Source of the DNA: Candidatus Bathyarchaeia archaeon
GTDB lineage: Archaea > Thermoproteota > Bathyarchaeia > Bathyarchaeales > Bathycorpusculaceae
Assembly (NCBI GenBank): GCA_050015395.1
Contig: JBEKBM010000002.1
Location: forward strand, 64,001 to 128,000
DNA: 64,000 bases
Reading direction: 5' to 3'
Position numbers and translations under genes: made by a program. The notes under the pieces are model-generated. The model did no database searches. It was not told the origin of the DNA and saw only the letters and a list, made by a program, of their open reading frames with translations. Below, in pieces: positions 1 through 9,077 of the stretch. How positions within the stretch are numbered: the first letter of the stretch is position 1; each line of letters opens with the position of its first letter.

Positions 1-111
1 TACGAGTCAATGGTTAACTTGGCATCTTTCAGGGGAAGCCAAGTTAGTCTTCCAGCCGCTGAAGCTTTTGAAGTGGTCAGATATGTGGAAAAAACAACAG
101 TGTTCCCATAG
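1..111 (+). CDS. PIG-L/LmbE-family deacetylase, C-terminal fragment (5' end outside window)
   Basis: Frame 1 reads YESMVNLASFRGSQVSLPAAEAFEVVRYVEKTTVFP*; LAxFRGxQ...AEAF is the typical PIG-L C-terminus; lies directly before a wbqC-like gene. Confidence 0.7.
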   Translation, partial: YESMVNLASFRGSQVSLPAAEAFEVVRYVEKTTVFP

Positions 112-125
112 GTTGTTTTAATCAA

Positions 126-797
126 ATGATCGTTGCTGGGCATCAGCCAAACTATTTGCCTTGGCTTGGCTTTTTCGATAAAATACGGCGTTCAGACCTT
201 TTTATAATCGAAGATAACGTGCAATTTGAGCGTCAAGGATTTACCAGCAGAAATAAAGTTATGACGGCTGATGGCGTAAGATGGCTCAGTGTACCTGTAG
301 AGCATGTTAACAAGCCATTGTTAATCAATGAGATTAAAATAGCCAATAAAGCAGAACCACAGTGGGAGAGTCGTCATTGGTTAACGCTCAAGTATAGTTA
401 TTGTAAAGCTCCTTATTGGCATGATTACTGCGATTTTTTTGAAGATACATATCAACGCGAATGGACCCTGCTTATTGACCTAAACATGCATCTTATAAAA
501 GAAATAATGCATTTTCTAGATATAGAAAAACCATTGATAATGTCTTCTTCCCTCGGCGCTGAAGGAAAAAAAAGCGAGTTAATTATTGCCCAATGCAAAG
601 CAGTCGGAGCCAACGCGCTACTGGCTGGAAAAGGCGGAAAGGAATACATCGATAGAAAACGGTTTGAGGAAGAAGGAATAAAAATAATTTTTCAAGAATT
701 TGAATATCCTACTTATACTCAAACATGCGCAAGATTTGTTCCTAACCTCTCGGTTTTAGATTATCTTTTTTGTACAGGCGGAAAATGCCAAAAATAG
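126..797 (+). CDS. WbqC-family protein (putative glycyltransferase for amino sugars)
   Basis: N-terminal HQPNYLPWLGFFDKI, RNKV...WLSVPV, YxKAPY, C-terminal FVPNLSVLDYLF. Confidence 0.9.
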   Translation: MIVAGHQPNYLPWLGFFDKIRRSDLFIIEDNVQFERQGFTSRNKVMTADGVRWLSVPVEHVNKPLLINEIKIANKAEPQWESRHWLTLKYSYCKAPYWHDYCDFFEDTYQREWTLLIDLNMHLIKEIMHFLDIEKPLIMSSSLGAEGKKSELIIAQCKAVGANALLAGKGGKEYIDRKRFEEEGIKIIFQEFEYPTYTQTCARFVPNLSVLDYLFCTGGKCQK

Positions 798-824
798 TTT
801 AGAAATAAAGGAGGAAACAATTGA

Positions 825-1955
825 ATGAATATTTCTGGTTCGTCTCCTTACTTTCCAGAAGAGAGCTTGAACAGTATTCTTGACGAGATTAAATTGGTGC
901 TGAAAAGCGGCAGATTGACAGATGGACCGTACGCTCAAGAATTTGAAAGAAAATTTGCTGAATACAACAGGATAAAATATGCTGTTTCGGTTAATTCTGG
1001 CACTGCAGCTTTGGATGTTGCGCTTAGATATTTTAAGCTTGCAGGCCGAGAAGTCATTGTTCCAACAAACACTTTTGTTTCAACCCCTCACTCGGTTTTA
1101 TTTGCGGGAGGCAAACCAGTTTTTGCTGACATGAAAGCAGACACTCTGTGCATTGATCCTGATGATGTTCGAAAAAAACTGTCGCCAAACACTGCAGGCA
1201 TAATTGTAGTGCACATAGCTGGCCTTGTATGCCCACAAATTAACGAGATCAAAGAGCTCTGTAACGAAAATGGTCTTTTCCTTTTGGAAGATGCTGCACA
1301 CGCGCATGGAGCAATGATTGATGGAAAAATGGCTGGCACTCTTGGGGATGCAGGATGCTTCTCTTTCTATCCGACTAAGGTTATGACTACTTGTGAAGGC
1401 GGAATGATAATTACAAACAACTCCCAGTTAGCTGAACAAGCTCGCTGCTTGAGAACGGTAGGTCAAGATGCTGAGAGAAAGGCGGTAATGTTAGGGCATA
1501 ATTGGCGTTTAAATGAAATGGCAGCTGTGGTTGGAAAACATCAACTTGAACATCTTGAAGACTTTGTTATTAAACGAAATGAGGTAGCAAAGTGGTATGA
1601 AGAAGCCTTAAGCAATGTTGAAGGTATTTCACTTTTTAAAGTACCATCAAACTTTAGGCATAGCTATTACAAATATCCAGTCAAACTTGCCGATGGAATT
1701 AAGAGGGAAAAACTAGGCTCCTTGCTTAAGGAGAAGTACGGCGTTGAAACTGGGCATGTTTATTATCCCCCCTGTCACCTTCAACCTTTCTATATGGAAA
1801 ATTTTGGAACGAAAATAGGTGATTTGCCGGTTGCTGAGAGGGTTCTGAATAAAGTGCTATGCTTGCCAATGCACTGCGGCTTAACTAAAGAAAACGTCGA
1901 TTACATTCACGATGCCCTTGTTTCATCAATAAACGAGTTATCGAATGCATTTTAA
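825..1955 (+). CDS. DegT/DnrJ/EryC1/StrS PLP-dependent sugar aminotransferase
   Basis: NSGTAAL, EDAAHAHGA, FSFYPTKVMTTCEGGM (PLP lysine); SD AGGAGG upstream. Confidence 0.95.
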   Translation: MNISGSSPYFPEESLNSILDEIKLVLKSGRLTDGPYAQEFERKFAEYNRIKYAVSVNSGTAALDVALRYFKLAGREVIVPTNTFVSTPHSVLFAGGKPVFADMKADTLCIDPDDVRKKLSPNTAGIIVVHIAGLVCPQINEIKELCNENGLFLLEDAAHAHGAMIDGKMAGTLGDAGCFSFYPTKVMTTCEGGMIITNNSQLAEQARCLRTVGQDAERKAVMLGHNWRLNEMAAVVGKHQLEHLEDFVIKRNEVAKWYEEALSNVEGISLFKVPSNFRHSYYKYPVKLADGIKREKLGSLLKEKYGVETGHVYYPPCHLQPFYMENFGTKIGDLPVAERVLNKVLCLPMHCGLTKENVDYIHDALVSSINELSNAF

Positions 1956-2613
1956 ATCTCAAAGCAAGTGCATATTAATGAATAGCAACGAAAAAAAAGT
2001 TGGCTCTCAAAAATATGATGTAACGCTTCAGCGTTTTCCTATCCGTAAATCGGAACTTGACCGGTTCAAATTCGGAAAAAGAAAGTATAATGAGATTGCT
2101 CGTTTGAAAAAGAATGGTTCTCCTTACTGCCTTGACATAGCTTGCGGAGCGAAACCGTTCCCTGAAGCCGATGTTCTATGTGACTTGCATGTTGAACCTG
2201 TTCCAGATAGAAGCATGAAGAAGTTGGTAACTGAAGGCAAACCGTTTATCTTATGCAGCTGTTATTTTCTGCCGTTTAGGGATAAAGCGTTTGATTTTGT
2301 GACTAGCTACTACCTTATTGAACATTTAACCGATCCTTGGAGCCTGTTTAGGGAATTAAGGCGTGTTTCCAAGCATGGTTATGTGCAATGCCCATCTTGG
2401 TTTAATGAACTGTTGTATGGCGAAGAAGTTCATTCTTGGACGGTGCTTAAGCGTGGTGACAATCTTTATGTTAAACCTATCAGTAAAGGGGCGATGCCCC
2501 CATTTCGCTTTGGATTCGTCTTCCATAGATTATATAAGCATAAAACTTGGCAAATCTTGCATGCAATCCTTGATGAAAAATTGAATCTTTTCACAGTAAG
2601 ATATGAGTTTTAA
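1945..2613 (+). CDS. Class I SAM-dependent methyltransferase domain protein
   Basis: LDIACG motif I, LPFRDKAFDFV, IEHL, ELRRVSK; true start may be downstream (ATG 1978). Confidence 0.75.
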   Translation: MHFKSQSKCILMNSNEKKVGSQKYDVTLQRFPIRKSELDRFKFGKRKYNEIARLKKNGSPYCLDIACGAKPFPEADVLCDLHVEPVPDRSMKKLVTEGKPFILCSCYFLPFRDKAFDFVTSYYLIEHLTDPWSLFRELRRVSKHGYVQCPSWFNELLYGEEVHSWTVLKRGDNLYVKPISKGAMPPFRFGFVFHRLYKHKTWQILHAILDEKLNLFTVRYEF

Positions 2614-2615
2614 AG

Positions 2616-3746
2616 GTGATACCAATGAAAATTATTCGTTCTTCAAAACCGATCTTTCCAAAAGAAGACCTCGATCAGCTCATGCCTGAAATTCGCAAAG
2701 TTTTGGAAGAAGGTCAATTTAGAAACGGCAAAAACGTAAGCATATTTGAACAAATCGTTGCCAAATACGTTGGAGTTAAGAACGCTGTAGCATTTGATTC
2801 TGATTCAAGTGCTTACGAAACTATCCTACGCTACTTCGATGTTAATGGCGGGGAAGTTGTGGTCTGCACTAACAGTTTCATTTCAGTGCCAAACAGCGTT
2901 GTGTTCGCTGGTGGAAAAGTGGTTTTTGCAGATATCCGAGAAGAAACACTTTCCATGAATCCTGAAAGCTTACTGGAAAATATTTCAGCGAAAACACGCG
3001 GGGTTATTTTAACTCATATTGCTGGTTTTCCAAACCCTGACTTGAAAAAAATAATCGAAATTTGCAGGGAACATGGGCTTTTTTTGGTTGAAGATGCCAC
3101 GCACGCTATAGGTGCCACTGTTGATGGCCAGCAGGCTGGAACTTTCGGTGATGCAGCAGTGTTTGCTTTTACTCCAACGAAAGTTTTAACCACTGGTGAA
3201 GGCGGCATGTTAGTTACAAATAACGCTGCGCTTAGTGAGTTCGCTAAGCGGTACAGTTTCTATGGTTCAGGAGTGGGCAAAACCAACTTTGTGGATTTAG
3301 GGAGACATATGGTGTTGCCTGAAATTTCTGCTATTTTGGGCATTTATCAGGTGAAGCGGATTGAAGAGTTCATTGCTCGGCGGAATAAAATTGCGGCAGT
3401 CTACAATGAGGCGTTAGATAAAATCGGTACAATGCGCACGGTTAAGTGTCCGTCTGGTTGGAGAAGTAGCTATTACAAGTATCCGCTGATTTTGCATGAA
3501 AAGCTTAACAAAGAAGAGTTTACTAGGTTGCTGCTTCAGGACTTTGGCATTGAAACTGGTAATGTTTTCTATCCTCCTTGCCATCTTCAAACTGTTTATA
3601 AAAAACTTGGTGTTGCTTCTTATGGAAGCTTGTTAACGGCTGAGGAGGTTCTTTCTAGAACGATTACTTTGCCGATGCATGTTGGGTTGACAGATGAAGA
3701 TGTTGATTATGTCCTTGAAAAGGTTGCTTCTCTTGCTCAAAATTGA
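2616..3746 (+). CDS. DegT/DnrJ/EryC1/StrS sugar aminotransferase, second paralog
   Basis: EDATHAIGA, FAFTPTKVLTTGEGGM; similar along its length to 825..1955. Confidence 0.92.
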   Translation: MIPMKIIRSSKPIFPKEDLDQLMPEIRKVLEEGQFRNGKNVSIFEQIVAKYVGVKNAVAFDSDSSAYETILRYFDVNGGEVVVCTNSFISVPNSVVFAGGKVVFADIREETLSMNPESLLENISAKTRGVILTHIAGFPNPDLKKIIEICREHGLFLVEDATHAIGATVDGQQAGTFGDAAVFAFTPTKVLTTGEGGMLVTNNAALSEFAKRYSFYGSGVGKTNFVDLGRHMVLPEISAILGIYQVKRIEEFIARRNKIAAVYNEALDKIGTMRTVKCPSGWRSSYYKYPLILHEKLNKEEFTRLLLQDFGIETGNVFYPPCHLQTVYKKLGVASYGSLLTAEEVLSRTITLPMHVGLTDEDVDYVLEKVASLAQN

Positions 3747-4046
3747 GCTCTGAAAGAAGCTTTCTATGTAGCCGCGTTCCTGTCCGACCATACCCTCGCA
3801 ATAGACACCAATAAGTAAAATTCTTCTAATAAAAAAGATGTTGTGTTCTATTGCAAATAATAAACAAATCAAAAATACAGAATAAAAGAGTTACTTTTAG
3901 ATAAAAATAGAACAAATTATCCTTACAACTTAAATAAGCCAATTAAGACAGTAATTAGTTGAGGAACCGTTCCTCACCGTGTTTTAAGAGATTTTTAATG
4001 CTAAAAATTTTCTTATCTGCTTCTGCCAAGGAGGGATTTCGTAGGT

Positions 4047-4417
4047 ATGCTACTAAACCAGAAAGAATTGGTTGCAGAATTAAGAATTGAATGGGAAAAG
4101 CTCTGGAGAGAAAGAAGAGATGATAAAGTTAGAGCTGAAGGCATAGCCGTTAACAACTACAATCAATTGTTTATTGATCAGGGCACAATAATTCATGCCA
4201 CGCGGATTTTAAATCATTAAATTTTAAGAGATCCTAGAGCAGCATGCGGTCTTGAATGCTGAAAGATACATTCCTCCTGATCCTCATGTTGGCGGATGAG
4301 TTTAGGAACCGCCTCAAACACTGTGACGCCCTGACAGACATTATGCGTGGTTGGCTAACTTTCGAACAGCAGGAGCAATGACTATCTGAAAAACCTGCCA
4401 AAAACAACAAAGACTAA
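4047..4417 (+). pseudogene. Disrupted hypothetical gene, probably two fused gene fragments
   Basis: SD GGAGG then ATG 4047 MLLNQKELVAELRIEWEKLWRERRDDKVRAEGIA..., frameshift near 4205, stop at 4297-4299; a second protein-like frame DEFRNRLKHCDALTDIMRGWLTFEQQEQ* starts at the junction. Confidence 0.55.
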
Positions 4418-4431
4418 GGTTTAAGGACATT

Positions 4432-5424
4432 TTGGAGAATGGTAGTATGAAGAAACTTAGAGTTGCAGTTATAGGCCTAGGCAAGATGGGTTTTGTTCAT
4501 TCGAGCATTCTTAGTACAATTCCAGAGATCGAAATCGCTGCTTTATGTGATAAGAGTTATATGGTTCGCAGAATTGCCAAAAAGTTGTTTAAATCCTCCG
4601 TTGTGGTAAATGAAGTTGAAAAAATTGGTGATTTAGCCGTAGACTGCGCTTTTGTTACAGCACCAATTCCTGCTCATTTTCCGATAGTGAATGTCTTGTA
4701 TTCAAAATGCATAACCTGCAATGTGTTTGTAGAAAAAACTCTGTCTTCAAGCTGGAATAAGGCTGATCAACTATGCGCTTTGTCAGAGAAAGCTCCAGGC
4801 GTTAACATGGTAGGGTATATGAAGAGGTTCAGCGTGATTTTTTCCAAAGCTAGAAGTCTATTAGCTGAAAACGTTTTAGGCGAGTTGATTGATTTTAATG
4901 GGTTTGCTTACTCCTCAGACTTTGCAGGTTGTAGACAAACTTCAAAAACCTTTTCAAGGGGCGGCGTGCTAAGTGATTTAGGTTCTCATATCATAGACTT
5001 AGCCTTATGGTTTTTTGGTGACTTTGAAGTTGAAAAAGCTACGTTAAAGTCAGTTGTTGACGAAAATTCTGAAGACAGTGCCAAATTTAACGTAAAAAAA
5101 TCAGGCTTAACAGGGGAGTTTGACATTTCATGGTGCAAGGACAATTATCGTTTGCCAAACTTTGGGTTGACCATTCGGGGAAGTAATGGGACTCTGACGG
5201 TTAATGATTACAATTTAATCTTGGAGCCTTTTGGCGGAAAACGATCTACTTGGTACAGACATGATCTTAATGATAATGTGAATTTTCTACTCGGAGAACC
5301 CGAATACTATCGTGAGGACGAAGTTTTCATAAGGTCAATATTGAATGGAGACAAGGTAGAACCCAGCTTCAGGACCTCTTCCAAGGTTGACTACATTATT
5401 GATCAGGTAAAGAAAGTGGCTTGA
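4432..5424 (+). CDS. Gfo/Idh/MocA-family NAD(P)-dependent oxidoreductase
   Basis: VAVIGLGKMG Rossmann motif, VFVEKT, GGVLSDLGSHIIDL. Confidence 0.9.
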   Translation: MENGSMKKLRVAVIGLGKMGFVHSSILSTIPEIEIAALCDKSYMVRRIAKKLFKSSVVVNEVEKIGDLAVDCAFVTAPIPAHFPIVNVLYSKCITCNVFVEKTLSSSWNKADQLCALSEKAPGVNMVGYMKRFSVIFSKARSLLAENVLGELIDFNGFAYSSDFAGCRQTSKTFSRGGVLSDLGSHIIDLALWFFGDFEVEKATLKSVVDENSEDSAKFNVKKSGLTGEFDISWCKDNYRLPNFGLTIRGSNGTLTVNDYNLILEPFGGKRSTWYRHDLNDNVNFLLGEPEYYREDEVFIRSILNGDKVEPSFRTSSKVDYIIDQVKKVA

Positions 5425-5425
5425 A

Positions 5426-6325
5426 ATGTCTATCAAAGGGAAAAAACTCATGCTAGTGGGCGACAATCCCTTCCATGGAATTAGTCACCTTTCCGCGGAT
5501 AGGGCAAGAGCAAGGGGAAATGAGATAACTAGTTCTGATTATGCCGCCAAATTGGTTCTCACTTCACTTGAAAATGGCGCAGATGGCTTTATGTTTTCAG
5601 TGAGTGAGACCACTCTTTCAACTTTACGGATACTTCGCGAAAAAGTGGGTACCCAATCTCTTGAACTCTATGCAATAGTACCTTATGCCTACGAATATGC
5701 TAGGCTAGCAACGTACTTGGGCACTGTTGGATTAGCCAAGAAATTGGCCAAGCAAATAGTATTCTCAGGCAGCATTGGAGCAATTGGTGCTGGTTTGAAG
5801 TGCATTGCCACAATGGATCCCAAAGATCTCCTTAAGACGTACCTGCTTTATGAGATTTCAAGAATAAAATCCTCCATCGGCGAGAGATTTAGCTTGAAGT
5901 CTGTTATGCTTCATGAAGTAATTACTGAAATGATTTTATCCCTTAACCTATCTTGGCTCGCCAAATCCTTCATAAAATACACAACAGATCTTGGAATAGA
6001 GCCAGGATTTGAAACCCGAAACTTTGCCTATCTTGTAAACAAGTTCCAAGATTGGGAAATTGATTTTAAGGGAATAACGATAGCCGCAACTTTCAACAGA
6101 GTTGGTTTCCAGATGAACCCTTCAAAGGAAGCTTGTGAAGAAGCTTTGGCGAGAATACCTGAATCGAACGTGATTGCAATAAGCATACTTGCATCTGGTT
6201 ACGTGAAGCTATCTGATGCTGCAGAATATATCGCAAGTCTGTCTAACATTAAAGGAGTGGTTGTAGGAGTATCAAAAGAGCAACATGCCACTGAGACCTT
6301 CAAATTTCTTGGACAGAAGTTTTGA
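5426..6325 (+). CDS. Conserved archaeal hypothetical protein (possible TIM-barrel/aldo-keto-reductase-like)
   Basis: 299-aa ORF coupled to the oxidoreductase; GDNPFHGISH, NxVGFQMNPS, IAISILASG. Confidence 0.6.
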   Translation: MSIKGKKLMLVGDNPFHGISHLSADRARARGNEITSSDYAAKLVLTSLENGADGFMFSVSETTLSTLRILREKVGTQSLELYAIVPYAYEYARLATYLGTVGLAKKLAKQIVFSGSIGAIGAGLKCIATMDPKDLLKTYLLYEISRIKSSIGERFSLKSVMLHEVITEMILSLNLSWLAKSFIKYTTDLGIEPGFETRNFAYLVNKFQDWEIDFKGITIAATFNRVGFQMNPSKEACEEALARIPESNVIAISILASGYVKLSDAAEYIASLSNIKGVVVGVSKEQHATETFKFLGQKF

Positions 6326-6494
6326 GAAGTAAAAAGAATCCCTTGAGTTGTCTTCAAATTTGTGGATTTGAATACCGATTGTGAAAAATTAAAAATCTTT
6401 TTGAATTTTCTGTCTTTACTTCCAATTGTTTATGTTTCTACCATTGAAACCTAAAATATTTTTTTGCATAACAAAATAGTGTATTTTTGATTAC

Positions 6495-7679
6495 ATGCTA
6501 GAGATGTTTTTGGTGATTGTTCAGCTGTTGCAGTATTTTGTGATTCTTTGTTTTGCTGTTCCGGTTTGTGTTTTTGGCACATACGGCCTAATTCTTGTTT
6601 ATTACAGGCGTGATCGGAAACAAAATGACGCTAGTTATCTTGACCACGATGGATTTGAACCTATAGTTTCAGTGGTGACTCCTACCCATAATGAAGAGTC
6701 GATTATTTCGAAGAAAATCGAAAATCTGTTGGCTTCGAACTATCCCAGTGACAAAATGGAAATAATATTTGTCGATGATTCAAATGATTCCACTTCCAAA
6801 ATTATTCAAGAATATTCTGAAAAGTTTTCAAACATTCGTCTAATTAAATTCAGGGAACGCATGGGTTACAGTCCTTCTATGTTGGCTGGGATTAAAGCGT
6901 CCACCGGTGAAGTAGTCGTTCTGAGCGATGCTGGTTCATTTCATGACGAAAATACAATTGGCAATCTTGTCAGGCATTTTCGTGACCCACGTATTGGCGC
7001 AGTAACGGGCAGAGACGTAATTGTGAATGCTGATGAAGCGGTCGGAAGTTCAGAAGCATTATACCTAAAAATTTTGAATTTTGTAGGAAATGCAGAGACT
7101 AATATGGACTCCACGTTTTATTTCAAAGGCGAGGCTTCAGCTGTTAGGAAAAGCATAATTGCTGAATTTGAGGGTTGCGGTGCAACCTTCGACACTGCCA
7201 CTGCTCTGTTCGTTAGACAAAAGGGGTTTAGGACAATACTTGATGCCGATGCTAAGTTTTACGAATACGCGCCTAAAACTCCAAACGAAAGAATTAAGCA
7301 GAAGACAATTAGAGCAGCAAACTGGATCAAAATCCTGCTCCAATTCAGAAACATGGCTTTTAAATCAAGATACGGCAAATTCGGTTTGCTAACACTACCA
7401 GCAAACTTTGGAATGCTCGTTATTACGCCATTGGCCATATTGGCAGGAATAGTTTCTCTAGTTGCATTGTCTTTTTTTGACCCATTTTTTTCACTAATCT
7501 TTTTTAGTTTCCTAGGCATAGTCTACTTGCTTTCTTTGATATTCTCCAGGCGTCTTCTTACAAATTTTCTGGAGCTCGAGATTAGTCTGCTCAAAGCGTT
7601 ATACGAGATAGCGTTTACAAAGAAAAAACATGACCAGATTGATACTGTTAAATCAACAAGACGATGGGTAAACTTTTGA
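6495..7679 (+). CDS. GT2 glycosyltransferase, membrane-bound (cellulose synthase/PgaC-like)
   Basis: VSVVTPTHNEE, IIFVDDS, N- and C-terminal TM helices. Confidence 0.9.
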   Translation: MLEMFLVIVQLLQYFVILCFAVPVCVFGTYGLILVYYRRDRKQNDASYLDHDGFEPIVSVVTPTHNEESIISKKIENLLASNYPSDKMEIIFVDDSNDSTSKIIQEYSEKFSNIRLIKFRERMGYSPSMLAGIKASTGEVVVLSDAGSFHDENTIGNLVRHFRDPRIGAVTGRDVIVNADEAVGSSEALYLKILNFVGNAETNMDSTFYFKGEASAVRKSIIAEFEGCGATFDTATALFVRQKGFRTILDADAKFYEYAPKTPNERIKQKTIRAANWIKILLQFRNMAFKSRYGKFGLLTLPANFGMLVITPLAILAGIVSLVALSFFDPFFSLIFFSFLGIVYLLSLIFSRRLLTNFLELEISLLKALYEIAFTKKKHDQIDTVKSTRRWVNF

Positions 7680-7830
7680 AAGATGAAATTTGTGCGCTAT
7701 AAGAGAATACTTTGGCGATGAGAGTAGTATTTGCTGGTTTTAAGTGTATTGTACCTACCCAGCTAATGTTTGAATGCGATTTTGCCATAGATGCAAGTCT
7801 TGGTTATGAAAATAGTAAACCCAATAAAAA

Positions 7831-8841
7831 ATGAAAAAACATGGAGTTGAGAAAACGGAAAGAATTTTAGTCACTGGTGGAGGCGGCTTCGTCGGGAGTC
7901 ATCTCGCAAGGCGTCTCTACCAGCAAGGCCATTTTGTACGAGTAGCAGACGTAAAATTCGACGACTACATCAAAGAAGAGTACTGCTCAGAAAAACTCGT
8001 TCTCGATCTACGCAACCGAGAAAACTGCATAGAAGCCACAAAAAACATAGACAAAGTTTACAATCTAGCTGCGAACATGGGCGGAATAGGATTCATAACA
8101 GAGATAGGCGCTGAGGTAATGCACGACAACATACTGATAAACACTTTTATGCTTGAAGCATCGAGGCAAAACAAAGTCAAACGCTACCTGTTCACTAGTT
8201 CAGCATGTGTCTACCCAACGTATCGCCAAAAAGATCCGAAAATAAAAGGCTTGAAAGAGGAAGACGCTTGCCCTTCTGACCCAGACAACTTTTACGGTTG
8301 GGAGAAACTCTTTACTGAAAAAATGTGCGAAGCCTACCAACGCGATTACGGCTTAGATATCCGAGTTCTACGTTACCATAACATATACGGTCCAGAGGGA
8401 ACTTACAAGGGTGGCAGAGAAAAATCGCCTGCGGCTTTGTGCAGAAAAGTGGCTGAAACCACAGATCCAGGCATAATCGAGATTTGGGGTGACGGTGAAC
8501 AAACGAGATCTTTCTGCTACGTGGACGACGCTGTAAAAGCCACAGTACTGTTAATGGAATCAGATTACGATAAGCCCATAAACATAGGCTCCGATAGACT
8601 GGTAACAATCAATCAACTAGCAGACATCGCAATAAGAATTTCCGGCAAGAGAATTAGCAAAGAATACAATCTCACCGCTCCGCAAGGCGTCAGAGGAAGA
8701 AACGCTGACTTGACACTTGTCCAGCGCGTTCTGAACTGGCAACCTCAAGTCTCTCTCGAAGAAGGAATGGCAAGAACCTACTATTGGATAAAAGAACAGT
8801 TGTCACACCAAAAGACTAATCCCTTGATCACGAATGCGTAA
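7831..8841 (+). CDS. NAD-dependent epimerase, GDP-mannose 3,5-epimerase-like
   Basis: GGGGFVG, NLAANMGGIGFI, SSACVYP, YGWEK, GGREKSPAALCRK, PQGVRGRN: signatures of the GME subfamily. Confidence 0.85.
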   Translation: MKKHGVEKTERILVTGGGGFVGSHLARRLYQQGHFVRVADVKFDDYIKEEYCSEKLVLDLRNRENCIEATKNIDKVYNLAANMGGIGFITEIGAEVMHDNILINTFMLEASRQNKVKRYLFTSSACVYPTYRQKDPKIKGLKEEDACPSDPDNFYGWEKLFTEKMCEAYQRDYGLDIRVLRYHNIYGPEGTYKGGREKSPAALCRKVAETTDPGIIEIWGDGEQTRSFCYVDDAVKATVLLMESDYDKPINIGSDRLVTINQLADIAIRISGKRISKEYNLTAPQGVRGRNADLTLVQRVLNWQPQVSLEEGMARTYYWIKEQLSHQKTNPLITNA

Positions 8842-9077
8842 CTCTTCAATTTTCATGCGCAAAAACAAAGGACTCTAGCTGTTCGGGCACTTACTGGAAA
8901 ACTGAAAATAGAAGTATGTGATCAAAACGGCTAGAACGGATTTCTTTGTTTACGTTGACGGACTTTTGTCAAAGACGGAAAGATCTTGCTTATGAAACGA
9001 AATCAAACTGTCGCATCTGGGTTTTTAGCAGTTCACTATTACGCACTGATATCTAGAAGAAGCTGACTTTCAAGAGG

